From: a virus
Lineage: Duplodnaviria; Caudoviricetes
Reading direction: 5' to 3' (one strand)
Length of the DNA stretch: 62,384 nt
IMG/VR virus record: IMGVR_UViG_3300028194_000282
Location: 1-62,384 of that record
Shown here: positions 21,590 through 31,485 of the stretch, piece by piece
Layout of the letters: every line of letters begins with the position of its first letter
How positions within the stretch are numbered: position 1 is the stretch's first letter
Program-made: the position numbers and the translations under genes
The notes under the pieces: generated by a model
What the model was told of the DNA's origin: nothing
The model's database searches: none
The model's input: only the letters and a program-made list of their open reading frames with translations

Positions 21590-21982
21590 TTATTCATAAT
21601 AACTTCTTAGGTCCGTATGGTGTCTGTAATTAACAACAATCTCCTCATCCAACTCTATATCATTCTCTGCAATTAAAATCATATTATTGTTTTCCTTAAA
21701 ATAATAAAATTTTGCGTTATTATTTTTAGCGTGATTTGTATACCTACCGGCTAAGGTTCTGCATCCATCAACCATCCCATATCCAATAACATCACCTTTA
21801 GCAAAATCTTGTATGGCTATAATTCCATATCCCTCTATTTCAGAGTCTCTAACTTCATATTTATAATCTCCAAAATCAATAACAGGTCCTGCTAACTTTT
21901 CAAACTCTTCAGAATCTATATAATTATTTATAGTTTCTAAATCTACATTTTGTTCTTTTATAAATTTTTCAAAATCAGTCAT
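21590..21982 (-). CDS. SET-domain protein (lysine methyltransferase-like)
   Basis: SEIEGYGIIAIQDFAKGDVI, GRYTNH...N, IAENDIELDEEIVVNY match SET motifs. Confidence 0.8.
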   Translation of the reverse strand: MTDFEKFIKEQNVDLETINNYIDSEEFEKLAGPVIDFGDYKYEVRDSEIEGYGIIAIQDFAKGDVIGYGMVDGCRTLAGRYTNHAKNNNAKFYYFKENNNMILIAENDIELDEEIVVNYRHHTDLRSYYE

Positions 21983-22449
21983 TATATTTCTTTTAAAAAA
22001 CAAACTTGTATTAATCTAGCTTCATCTGCAAATCCAAAATTATCAAAAATGTTTCTTGAATGATACAAGTGAGATGGAAAAACAATCAATCTATTATACC
22101 TTGAGCGTAGTATACAACTTTTAAATCCTTTATAATATAATGTAGTTCCATCTTCTTCAGGATGGTTTTTACTTAAATAAAGTATTGCAGTTAAATCACC
22201 CATCATATCATCTGTATGAATCCAATTTGGCTCTACTTGATTTTTAGGTGACCTTCTTACAAAATTTAAAACTGCTTTGTGTATAGGATAATAACCTTTT
22301 AAAATTTCTACTAAATCATCTTCAGGTCTAACTTGAATGTTTTTAAACAAACCTTCCTCAAGCTGAACATCTTCAAAACCAAAGTTATGTATGTCTTCTA
22401 CATACCTATCTACATTTGTTATTACATCTTCATATATACCTATATTCAT
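21982..22449 (-). CDS. 2OG-Fe(II) oxygenase superfamily protein
   Basis: HxD (WIHTD), AILYL, GTTLY, NRLIVF...YH, terminal RLIQVCF. Confidence 0.8.
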   Translation of the reverse strand: MNIGIYEDVITNVDRYVEDIHNFGFEDVQLEEGLFKNIQVRPEDDLVEILKGYYPIHKAVLNFVRRSPKNQVEPNWIHTDDMMGDLTAILYLSKNHPEEDGTTLYYKGFKSCILRSRYNRLIVFPSHLYHSRNIFDNFGFADEARLIQVCFLKEI

Positions 22450-23009
22450 AGCTTTATAGTTATTTGATGGTCATACATTCTATATAGTTTTTCTCCATCA
22501 AAATCAAACTCGTACTCACTATGAGGTTGAAATGAAACTCTATCTCCTGAAACTAATCCTTGTTTTTTTAGATAAGAATTCAAATGAACCATTTCACCTA
22601 TCAAAGGCTCTTCGCTTAATGGTTTATATATATAACTTTCTTCTACAGGAACCGGCTTTACAAAACAAAATCTTCCTACACTATTCCATTTTCCTTTACT
22701 TTTATAAGCAAAATATTGGTCGGGTTCTATAAAAAATAAGTTGTCTTTAAAATAACTTTTACCACTTTGTTGTCTTCCCTTAATATCATTATAATATTTA
22801 AAAACATTATGATGTACTAACAAAATATCTCCCACCTGTATTGGACCTTTATATCCTAGGGGGAGTTCTATGACCTCAGCGTGTCTGTTGGAAAAGCTTG
22901 AATCTTCTTGGGAGGTACTAACTATAAAGTCAATACCTCCTATGTCTTTTGTATTATTGTACCTTTTACCTGTAACAGGTTTGGCAATAAACGCAAATGG
23001 TGATTTCAT
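22446..23009 (-). CDS. Tandem GroES-like protein
   Basis: Two GroES-like halves (VGDILLVHHNVF; GDRVSF...FDGEKLYRM). Confidence 0.5.
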   Translation of the reverse strand: MKSPFAFIAKPVTGKRYNNTKDIGGIDFIVSTSQEDSSFSNRHAEVIELPLGYKGPIQVGDILLVHHNVFKYYNDIKGRQQSGKSYFKDNLFFIEPDQYFAYKSKGKWNSVGRFCFVKPVPVEESYIYKPLSEEPLIGEMVHLNSYLKKQGLVSGDRVSFQPHSEYEFDFDGEKLYRMYDHQITIKL

Positions 23010-23017
23010 AATTTAAT

Positions 23018-23200
23018 TTACGAGCCACAACCAATACAATCTATATGTGAATCTGTAGGTTTAACTCCATTTAATTTCATTTCAATTCTGTGTATCTCAT
23101 CAGCATACATCAATTCTTCTTCAAAAGTTTTTGCTAACTCTTTCTTCATTTTTACAATCTCCAACCACTGAAGATTATCTTTTACATTATGGTCTTCCAT
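23018..23200 (-). CDS. Small protein with C-terminal CxxC (IDCIGCGS)
   Basis: 60-aa ORF in operon context. Confidence 0.65.
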   Translation of the reverse strand: MEDHNVKDNLQWLEIVKMKKELAKTFEEELMYADEIHRIEMKLNGVKPTDSHIDCIGCGS

Positions 23201-23203
23201 AAA

Positions 23204-23329
23204 CTATTTTTTTACTTTACTATATACGCTATTAGCAATTTGCTTATTAGATGGCAATCCTAGTTTTTCAGGCTTTCCATTCATTTTGTTACTAGCTGCA
23301 GTAAAATAAGGTTTTAGTGTCTTGCTCAT
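23204..23329 (-). CDS. Small basic hypothetical protein (41 aa, MSKTLKPYF...)
   Basis: Fills the gap between neighbours; translated by eye. Confidence 0.5.
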   Translation of the reverse strand: MSKTLKPYFTAASNKMNGKPEKLGLPSNKQIANSVYSKVKK

Positions 23330-23331
23330 AA

Positions 23332-23556
23332 TTAAAAGTTTATATTATACTCTATTGATATCGGCATAGTATCACTAAACTCTTTCCACATTCTAATTCC
23401 TACTTCATCCTCAATGTAAATAACTATTGAATCTCTGTCTGCATCATACTTAATTAAGTGAATTGTAAAGCTTCCGTTCAGTACTTGTTGACCAACGATA
23501 TAGTGCATTGCTCCTGATTTGTAATCAGGTCCAACTGATATTTTTCTTATGTCCAT
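23332..23556 (-). CDS. Hypothetical protein
   Basis: 74-aa ORF, start/stop coupled to the upstream gene. Confidence 0.7.
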   Translation of the reverse strand: MDIRKISVGPDYKSGAMHYIVGQQVLNGSFTIHLIKYDADRDSIVIYIEDEVGIRMWKEFSDTMPISIEYNINF

Positions 23557-25271
23557 TATACAGGGTATATTCTAAGTTCAAAGTTTCCTTGTAATATATC
23601 ACCTTGTGCATTTTGAAAGTCTCTATCAAGCTTGTTAAGCGTAACAATAGTTGAGTTATCATAGCCTGCAAAAAATGCTTCTATTTTATTTTCTTTAGTT
23701 CCACCATTTCCATTTACAAGAACTAAAACATTAGCACCCATATTTCCGGAACTAGTAATAGAGATTGTTCCATTTGAATTATTAGTCCACAAAAAAGTAA
23801 AAGTTGTAGTATTATTTAATTCTCTTAAGGTAAATGTGTTGCCCGAAAGAGTCCACATTGCTTCATAACTAGTGTAAGGTAAAGCACCTCCACTAGCTGC
23901 TTTCCATTCGGTTTGTACCTCTGTACCTGTAATAGACTTAACTCCTAATACTTGAGTAGTTGCAGTTGCGACTGTTTGAGGTAAATGAATCTCTTGTTTC
24001 ACACCACTGCTTGGTCCACATATTGAAATTATTTCAGGTGTACCTTTAGATGTTCCCGTTTCTATTTCAACCTTACCACCATAAGTACTTCCGTTACCTT
24101 CAATTCTTAGAATACCTCCAAGATTTGTAGGATTAGCATTCTGCCCTAACGTAAGCATACAGGTTGTTTTATCAAAAGTAAAGCCTGTATAAGCAGAAAA
24201 ATTAGTTCCATCATTAAACTGAACGCTACCTGCTACACCGGCAGGAGCAGTTGAGCCACCTGCATAATTAGGAACATTTAAAGTGTTAGTAGAAGAATCA
24301 TAAGTTGCTGCACCACTTGAACCGGTTGTGGTCAGAGTAGTCATAGCATCAAAATTCTTTAACTCCCCTGCACCATTTATATACTGACCAATTACTCCTT
24401 TAAAATCTAATTCTATTCTCGGAGTAGTAGAAGAGTCAAATACTCTTAAGTCTATAGCATCTGCAGGTGTTGGGTTAACTACAACTGAAACATCAGTAAC
24501 TGTTCCACCACCTCCACCTGAAGGGTTGTCCCAAACTAATTCCCAAGGAGAAGATGTTGCACTACTTTTTACTGCTAGTATTTGATTAGCAGTAGGTTCG
24601 TTACCCGGTAAAGCTATGTCATAGTCCACGGATTTTTCCATTGAACCCGGACCTATAATTCCAACATAGTTACTACTTGAAACTGCATCATACCAACGAA
24701 CAGAGCCAAACTGATTTTGGTCTCCTGCACCGTTGAATAGATTAACTATACCTGCTATACTTCCACCCTTTCCTATACTTCCATTACCTAAATCCAAAGT
24801 TTTAGATGTTGGATTAGAAATTAGATAATCGTAAGCAGCGAAAGAACCTGCTACATTTACTTGTATACCGTTTAGAGGGTCACCGGGTGCTCCTCCACTA
24901 ATCCCTGAACCATCAATATTAATAGTGTTTCCAACTGCAGTAATAGTAATTCCACCTTTTCCAAACAAATCAATAGCCGGTCCTGTTGCTCCATCTATAG
25001 AGGTAATACCTCCTGCTGATGCAGTGGAAGAAATAACTATTTCATTTTTTGTAGTATCTACTGCTAAACCGATATTGGTTCCTGCAGATAAATTGACTGC
25101 ACCTGTTAAAGTATTTAACGACTGAACACTTAAGCTACCACCCGGAACCATTGCAATGATATCACCTATCTTATAATTTTTAGTGATTAAATCATTTTCT
25201 ACATCTGTTCCTATTACTTTATCTTCTAAAGTAGGTGTTGCATCTATTGCATAAGTAGCTATTCTTGCCAT
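23556..25271 (-). CDS. Tail fibre/spike-like protein
   Basis: Gly/Thr/Ser-rich; N-terminus MARIATYAID is paralogous to MARISTYPID of 31486..32223. Confidence 0.65.
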   Translation of the reverse strand: MARIATYAIDATPTLEDKVIGTDVENDLITKNYKIGDIIAMVPGGSLSVQSLNTLTGAVNLSAGTNIGLAVDTTKNEIVISSTASAGGITSIDGATGPAIDLFGKGGITITAVGNTINIDGSGISGGAPGDPLNGIQVNVAGSFAAYDYLISNPTSKTLDLGNGSIGKGGSIAGIVNLFNGAGDQNQFGSVRWYDAVSSSNYVGIIGPGSMEKSVDYDIALPGNEPTANQILAVKSSATSSPWELVWDNPSGGGGGTVTDVSVVVNPTPADAIDLRVFDSSTTPRIELDFKGVIGQYINGAGELKNFDAMTTLTTTGSSGAATYDSSTNTLNVPNYAGGSTAPAGVAGSVQFNDGTNFSAYTGFTFDKTTCMLTLGQNANPTNLGGILRIEGNGSTYGGKVEIETGTSKGTPEIISICGPSSGVKQEIHLPQTVATATTQVLGVKSITGTEVQTEWKAASGGALPYTSYEAMWTLSGNTFTLRELNNTTTFTFLWTNNSNGTISITSSGNMGANVLVLVNGNGGTKENKIEAFFAGYDNSTIVTLNKLDRDFQNAQGDILQGNFELRIYPV

Positions 25272-25273
25272 TG

Positions 25274-25525
25274 TTATTCTTTTATTTTTTCTTTAGCACT
25301 AACAACTCCTGTTTCTAAATCAATCTTATTGTCCTTACCATACTTTTTTGTAAGAGTTCCCTCTACATCTGCATAGTTTTTCTTTAAGTCTTCTATTTGT
25401 AAAAACACTTGTTGTTTAGTTAACTCGGCATCTCCAAGTTTTATCTTTAATTGGTTAAACGTGCTCAACATTGATTGAACCTGAATCAACTCTTCTTTAG
25501 TGATTTTTGTTTCTTTTTTACTCAT
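25274..25525 (-). CDS. Small coiled-coil protein (fibre chaperone-like)
   Basis: 83-aa helical ORF ending KYG...IDLETG; promoter box at 25554-25561. Confidence 0.55.
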   Translation of the reverse strand: MSKKETKITKEELIQVQSMLSTFNQLKIKLGDAELTKQQVFLQIEDLKKNYADVEGTLTKKYGKDNKIDLETGVVSAKEKIKE

Positions 25526-25581
25526 TTTATTTGATTTTATTTATTATTAATTACAAAGATAGTAAAATTTGATTTATTAGA

Positions 25582-28500
25582 TTATCCCTTTATTAAATTA
25601 GGTAATTCACCATCAATTAAACCGGGGTCTCTTCCGGGTAAGTCACCTTCTCCTACACGAAGACACAACTGTAAACTAAAGTTTGAGCCATCAGCTAATT
25701 GGAATGTAGCACATCCACCTTTAGAATCAACGTCTATTCTTGATATTGTAGTGTCTTTATTGCCATCTAGAGATACAGGAAACTGTGGTCCGGCAGGACC
25801 CTGACTTCCGGTGTTACCCTGAATACCCTGAGCACCCTGACTTCCTGTTGCTCCTGTTGCTCCACGAGCACCTGCTGCTCCATTAGTTCCGTTTGTTCCG
25901 TTTGCACCTGCTGCACCCGTATCACCTTTTGTACCTTGTGGTCCCTGAGAACCTGTACTTCCTTTGTCTCCTGCAGGTCCCTGACTTCCTGTTGCTCCGG
26001 GATTTCCTTGAGGTCCCTGACTTCCGGTTCCTCCGGTGTCTCCTTGGTCACCTTTTGGACCCTGTGAACCTGTACTTCCGGTTGCTCCACGAGCACCATC
26101 ACTTCCATTTTTCCCATCATTACCGGGTTCTCCTTGAGGACCCTGTGAACCGGTACTTCCGGTTGCTCCTCTGTCTCCTTGGACACCTTGAATACCTTGT
26201 GCACCTGTCCCTCCGGTATCTCCCTTAGCACCGGCTGCACCGGCTGCTCCATCTTTACCGGGTGCTCCGTCATTTCCATCTTTACCGGCTGCTCCGGCTG
26301 CTCCTGTTCCACCTTGTGGACCTTGTGAGCCTGTATCACCTTTTGCACCTTGTGCTCCTGTTCCTCCGGTATCTCCTTTAACACCTTGGATTCCCTGACC
26401 ACCTGTTTCACCTTGTTCTCCTTGTTCTCCTTGAGGTCCTTGTCCACCGGTTGCTCCTCTTATTCCTTGGTCACCTTGGTCACCTTGGTCACCTTTTGGT
26501 CCTTGTGACCCTGTACTTCCGGTGTCACCTTTAGGTCCTGTTGAGGTAGGTAATGTAACTGAGTTTCCTCCTTCAATACTTAATGTTGTACCTGATATTG
26601 AAAGGTCTTGCCTGTCTGTACAAATAGTAATAGATGATGCTTCTTCATCATAGGTTACACTTGTTCCTTCACATCCTGTTAGTGTTATAGTATCACTGTT
26701 ACTTTGTGCTCTAATTCGTGATTTACCATCTGTTATAGTCTTAAATATAGCTTGAGATGAACCTCTATCAGAGTTTGTTATTGTTACTGCTCCTGATGTT
26801 CCACCACCACTAATACCTGTTCCTGCTCCAACTGAAGTAATATCACCTGTATTAGTTGTGTACCCTGCTCCGTTGGTTATTTGGTTGTTATTAGTTACGT
26901 TAGTTGCTCCATCAGCTACATTAAGACTTGACCTAACTTGTGCCATTGTAGAAGGTCTAACATAGTTGTTACTTGCAGTATCCACCTGAGTCATTATAAA
27001 CCCTATAGATGCATTAGTAGTGTCATACTCACTTCTAATTAATCTAACATTAAGGTCTCCTGATGCATCTCGTTTTGCAATAGTGTTTCCTGTAGAAGCA
27101 GTTGAACTTGTAACATTTAATGTAACATCTCCTGCTACACCACCACCTGTTAAGTCTGTTCCTGCAGTTACTTTTGTAATATCACCAACTGATGAATTGT
27201 CTACTTTCTGCCAAGCATCTGTAGCTAAGTCTGAAAATACTGCCCAATCACCAAGTTGCCAATCTGTAATTCCATCTAAATTAGTACCACCTGCTTTTGA
27301 AACTATATAATATTCTCCCGGTGTTCCCTTTCCACTTGTTAATGCAGGGTTGTTACTTGCTGCATCCCAAGTTCCTATATACTTTAATACTCCTGTTACT
27401 GCAGTATTAATTGCAGTTTGTATCTGTGCTCCTGTTGCTAAATTAGTAGAAGAAGAAGTTACTGTTCCTGTGTTAGGTGTTAATGTTACGGAAGTAGTAC
27501 CACTTTTAGTTAATGTATTTGTATTACCTGAACTTATCCCTGTAATACCTGAACTTGTAACATAACCTGAATTATTAGTCCATTGGCTTATGTTACCACC
27601 TTTGTTAGTAAATGTTTGAGAGTTACTAGCAGTAGTTGTTCCGGTGTTAGTGGTATAACCTGCACTGTTTGCAATATTTTTATTGTCTAACGCAATGTTA
27701 GCAGTACCATTAAAAGATACTCCTGCTATTGTTCTAGCAGTTTGAAGTTTTGTTGCACTTCCTGCATTACCTGTAATTGTAGTTTGAACAATATTAGGTG
27801 CAGTATTTGCGAATACAGTTCCTGTCAATGAAAGACCTGACCCTGCAGTATATTGTGTGTTATTATCTGTGGTCTTATAACCTGAGTCATTAGTCCACTG
27901 ACTAATATTTCCTGACTTGTTTGTTAATTCTTGTGTTCCTGTTTTTGTAACTACGGTAGAATCTATTGCAATATTGTTTGCATTAGCAGTTATACCTGTG
28001 CTACCAATTACATTTAAAGTAACTGAACCTGAAGAACCACCACCGGTCATTCCTGTTCCTGCAGTTACTCCTGTAATATCTCCTTGAGGTATTGACGGGA
28101 AAGTTTGTAAATCACCTGCTCCATCAATATATTCTTTAGCATCTCCTGCCATTGTAATGGCTAAAGTTCCTGAAGTATTTACAGGTGAACCACTTACAGT
28201 AAATGCATTACCTCCGTGAGTTTGACTTACTGCCTTTACTGTTCCTGTGTTATTTGTAAATCCTGATGGATTTGCATCGCTATAAGGAGTAAATCCTAAG
28301 CCTGTTGTAATCTGTGCACTTGTAAGTGATAATGAACCACCAAGAGTTATATTTCCACTTGTGGTAACTGTTCCTGATAGTGTTATTCCACTTACAGAGC
28401 CTGTTGTTCCAACAGATGTTACTGTTCCTGTATTAGAAGTCTTAGCATTAAAGTTTGACCAATCTGTTGAGGTCAATGCTCCTGTTGCAGTTTTCGATGC

Positions 28501-29604
28501 AGTTGCAATTCCTATTGTAACATTACCTGATGTTCCACCTCCTGTTATAGGTGATGTAACACCAACTCCTGTAATATCTCCTTGTGTAGAACTATTAACC
28601 GTAACTGAACCTGTCTTAGAGTCAGTAGTTAATGTAACATTTGTACCTCCTATTAAATTTAATGTATCATTATTTGAAGCAGCCGTCAATGTTGTTTGCC
28701 CTGATACTGTAATGTTTTTATATATAGCCTGAGATGAACCCTTATCTGCATTAGTAAGAGTTATTGTTTCGGCTGATGATTGATTAGTTGTAAACGCTGC
28801 ACCACCTGACATACCTGAACCTGCACTAATTGATATAGTAGCATTATTGGCTGCTGAAGGTATTGTTGTGCTATTAAATGCATTGCTACCAAAAGTAAAA
28901 GTTTGGTCAGTTGCTCCTGAAACACTATAAGTTAATACATTACCTGCTTTTGTAATTCCATTTAAAAAGTAATTAGGTGCTGAGGTTAGGTATCTACCAT
29001 CTAAATCAACTGTAATATCTGTTAAGCCTGAACGACCTAAAGTTAATACTCCGTCTGATGTATCAAACGCTGCACTATCTAAATAATTATTAGAACCTGC
29101 ATCTGTAATATATCCGGAGTCATTAGTCCACTGACTTATGTTTCCTCCTTTATTTGTAAATGTCTGAGCATTAGAAGCAGTTGTAGTACCGGTATTAGTG
29201 GTATAACCTTTATCATTTGCCCACTGATTGTTTGAACCACTCTTATTAGTAAATGTTTGAGTATTACTAGCCGTTGTAGTTCCTGTATTAGTGGTATAGC
29301 CTGCACCATTAGCTAACTGTTTGTTGTCAGTTATACTATTGGTAAACGTAATTGTTTTAGATGCAGATTGGTTTAACGTAAAGGTTGACCCTCCCGATAA
29401 TCCCGTTCCTGCTGCTAATGTTATAGTAGCGTTACTAACAGTTGGTAGGGAGCCGGAAGTTATGTATCCGGCTCCATTTAGCAACTGATTATTATTCGTA
29501 GGTATTGTTTGATTAGAAAAAGCTGCAGTACCTAAGCTAACACCGTCTATAGACATTGAACCCTCTACGTTAATAGGCTCTAAAAATTGAATTGTATTCG
29601 CCAT
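25582..29604 (-). CDS. Long tail fibre with internal repeats and a collagen-like domain
   Basis: Repeated GYTTNTGTTTASNxQTFTNK and GDITxV units; ~84 uninterrupted Gly-X-Y triplets. Confidence 0.8.
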   Translation of the reverse strand: MANTIQFLEPINVEGSMSIDGVSLGTAAFSNQTIPTNNNQLLNGAGYITSGSLPTVSNATITLAAGTGLSGGSTFTLNQSASKTITFTNSITDNKQLANGAGYTTNTGTTTASNTQTFTNKSGSNNQWANDKGYTTNTGTTTASNAQTFTNKGGNISQWTNDSGYITDAGSNNYLDSAAFDTSDGVLTLGRSGLTDITVDLDGRYLTSAPNYFLNGITKAGNVLTYSVSGATDQTFTFGSNAFNSTTIPSAANNATISISAGSGMSGGAAFTTNQSSAETITLTNADKGSSQAIYKNITVSGQTTLTAASNNDTLNLIGGTNVTLTTDSKTGSVTVNSSTQGDITGVGVTSPITGGGTSGNVTIGIATASKTATGALTSTDWSNFNAKTSNTGTVTSVGTTGSVSGITLSGTVTTSGNITLGGSLSLTSAQITTGLGFTPYSDANPSGFTNNTGTVKAVSQTHGGNAFTVSGSPVNTSGTLAITMAGDAKEYIDGAGDLQTFPSIPQGDITGVTAGTGMTGGGSSGSVTLNVIGSTGITANANNIAIDSTVVTKTGTQELTNKSGNISQWTNDSGYKTTDNNTQYTAGSGLSLTGTVFANTAPNIVQTTITGNAGSATKLQTARTIAGVSFNGTANIALDNKNIANSAGYTTNTGTTTASNSQTFTNKGGNISQWTNNSGYVTSSGITGISSGNTNTLTKSGTTSVTLTPNTGTVTSSSTNLATGAQIQTAINTAVTGVLKYIGTWDAASNNPALTSGKGTPGEYYIVSKAGGTNLDGITDWQLGDWAVFSDLATDAWQKVDNSSVGDITKVTAGTDLTGGGVAGDVTLNVTSSTASTGNTIAKRDASGDLNVRLIRSEYDTTNASIGFIMTQVDTASNNYVRPSTMAQVRSSLNVADGATNVTNNNQITNGAGYTTNTGDITSVGAGTGISGGGTSGAVTITNSDRGSSQAIFKTITDGKSRIRAQSNSDTITLTGCEGTSVTYDEEASSITICTDRQDLSISGTTLSIEGGNSVTLPTSTGPKGDTGSTGSQGPKGDQGDQGDQGIRGATGGQGPQGEQGEQGETGGQGIQGVKGDTGGTGAQGAKGDTGSQGPQGGTGAAGAAGKDGNDGAPGKDGAAGAAGAKGDTGGTGAQGIQGVQGDRGATGSTGSQGPQGEPGNDGKNGSDGARGATGSTGSQGPKGDQGDTGGTGSQGPQGNPGATGSQGPAGDKGSTGSQGPQGTKGDTGAAGANGTNGTNGAAGARGATGATGSQGAQGIQGNTGSQGPAGPQFPVSLDGNKDTTISRIDVDSKGGCATFQLADGSNFSLQLCLRVGEGDLPGRDPGLIDGELPNLIKG
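25783..26538 (-). repeat. Collagen-like Gly-X-Y repeat (~252 aa)
   Basis: GPKGDTGSTGSQ...GPAGPQ, Gly at every third residue. Confidence 0.9.
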
Positions 29605-29627
29605 TCTATAGTTTGTATGTTAAAATT

Positions 29628-31466
29628 TTATGCTCCTATTTTCTGAATCATATAAGTGTAAGGTTCTGTTTCTCCACCTGCTGCTTTACCAATGTTTAGA
29701 GTTACTGTATTTACGTCTGTTCTAACAACTCCTACATTAATGGTTTCGCCTGTAGCTATTTCATAACACTGAACCATAACATTTGTTGATTTAAAGTTAT
29801 GTGCAATTGCAGTAGACTTTAATTTTCCAAAATTTCCTACAACTTCTCTGTCAGTATCTGCAACACAAGCCTTAACCTCTGCACAGAAACTAGTAACTTG
29901 ACTAGCTGCTATTGCAATGTCTTGGTCTGACAATGAAGTTACGATACCTTTAGCATCAACTGTTATTGAAGCTGATTTACTTGCACTACCTTTCGTAGCT
30001 GCAGTTACTCCTGAATCTGCTAAACTAACTGCTCCTCCTGAAACTGCTAGTCCTCCATTTGTTGGGAAGTTTGCAATACCTAATACTGTGGCAGTTGCTA
30101 CTCCAACATTATTCTGAACTACTGTCCAACTAGCTAATGCTGCTGCATTGTCTACTTCAGCAATAAGCAAATCTCCATCTTCTACTGCTTCTCCGTAGAA
30201 TGTACCTGCTGCAGTAACTGCATAAGTCCATCCTTTTAAAACTGCGATTGGAACTGCTCCTCCTCTATTATCTAGTACAGGTGTATTATTTGCTGCATCA
30301 TATCCTCCTTGGAAGATTAATGCTCCTGAACCTGAAGCTACTAAATCAACATAAGCTTTAGAAGCTGCATCATCTGCTGCTGCCGGTGTTGATGCAATTT
30401 TAGTAACCTGCTTACCTCCCATATTAATGTCGGCAGTTGCAGCAGCTAAATGTGATAGTGGTATAGTATTAATTGCAACTAATTGTTGTACTTGTTTTTC
30501 TGAACCAAACACACCTGCTAGTTTGTCTGCTGCTGCAGGTGATGCAATTGTACCTAGTTCACCTAATGCAAGTGTAATCTCTGATGTTGCAACCTTTGAA
30601 TTTACAGATGTCACAGTGGTAATACCTTCACCACCTGCCATATCTACGGTAATTCCGTCAGAAATTGTTTGATTAGTTCCTGAATCTGATTGTAGAGTCC
30701 AAGATGACATTGTACCGGACTTGTTAGTTGATGTTGCCGTTACGACTCCACCTGACCTTGTAAATGTAATTCCACCTGCTCCTATAAAGTCAACAACGTC
30801 TCCTGTTCCAATATTTAAACCTGCTCCTGCCTCTGTTTCTACTTTTAAGTTCCATCCTGCATATCCTGCCGGCACTGATGCCCAAGTTCCATCCCCTTTT
30901 AGGTATTTAACATTGTCTGCTGCTGCCGGTGCAGGTACTGCACCCTTGGTTCCTGCACTTGTTCCGTCTGCTCCGGTAAAATCACTTATTCCAATTTCAG
31001 GTGAGTTTCCTCCGGATGACGTAATTGGTGCTGCTCCTGTTACTCCTGTAACTGTACCACCCCCTGCTGCTGCAGAAATCTGTGATATTGTTACTTTCTT
31101 TATATCTTTACCTTCATTAATACTTACCATTAATGAATCGGCTCCAACTAACACATCAGCCTTTCCGTCTACTTGTGCTTCAATAAGGTTGTCTGTTCCT
31201 GAAACGATAGGTGATACTGTTGCTACACCTGACTTAGTGTTAGCAATCAAACCTGTTGACCCTGCTACACTATCAATGTTACCTGTTCCATCTAATACAA
31301 TCCACTTTGCACCATCGTTATAGTTAAAGGTGTTAGTTCCTGTATTAAAAATAAATTGACCTGCATAGGAATTAACCTGTGAAGGATTTGATGCTAATGA
31401 TTGTGCAGCGACATTTTGAATTTCTAATCCGGTTAAGTCAATTGCATCTAAAAATTTTATTGCCAT
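29628..31466 (-). CDS. Tail fibre/structural protein
   Basis: 612 aa, Ala/Gly/Thr-rich; shares a G.(Y/W)DAA.N.P.L module with the long fibre. Confidence 0.65.
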   Translation of the reverse strand: MAIKFLDAIDLTGLEIQNVAAQSLASNPSQVNSYAGQFIFNTGTNTFNYNDGAKWIVLDGTGNIDSVAGSTGLIANTKSGVATVSPIVSGTDNLIEAQVDGKADVLVGADSLMVSINEGKDIKKVTISQISAAAGGGTVTGVTGAAPITSSGGNSPEIGISDFTGADGTSAGTKGAVPAPAAADNVKYLKGDGTWASVPAGYAGWNLKVETEAGAGLNIGTGDVVDFIGAGGITFTRSGGVVTATSTNKSGTMSSWTLQSDSGTNQTISDGITVDMAGGEGITTVTSVNSKVATSEITLALGELGTIASPAAADKLAGVFGSEKQVQQLVAINTIPLSHLAAATADINMGGKQVTKIASTPAAADDAASKAYVDLVASGSGALIFQGGYDAANNTPVLDNRGGAVPIAVLKGWTYAVTAAGTFYGEAVEDGDLLIAEVDNAAALASWTVVQNNVGVATATVLGIANFPTNGGLAVSGGAVSLADSGVTAATKGSASKSASITVDAKGIVTSLSDQDIAIAASQVTSFCAEVKACVADTDREVVGNFGKLKSTAIAHNFKSTNVMVQCYEIATGETINVGVVRTDVNTVTLNIGKAAGGETEPYTYMIQKIGA

Positions 31467-31485
31467 AATTTCTCTTTTTTATTAA

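Noticed and set aside
21412-21597. 61-aa ORF MNNGREWDWM... between SET and terS
   Set aside because: Largely overlaps terS in another frame; cannot be supported, although a short product is possible
25767-26447. Alternative-frame ORFs (226 aa minus, 111 aa plus) over the collagen region
   Set aside because: Shadow frames produced by the Gly-X-Y codon periodicity
896-31323. Many plus-strand ORFs antisense to the structural genes
   Set aside because: Ser/Val/Leu-rich antisense shadows with no independent support
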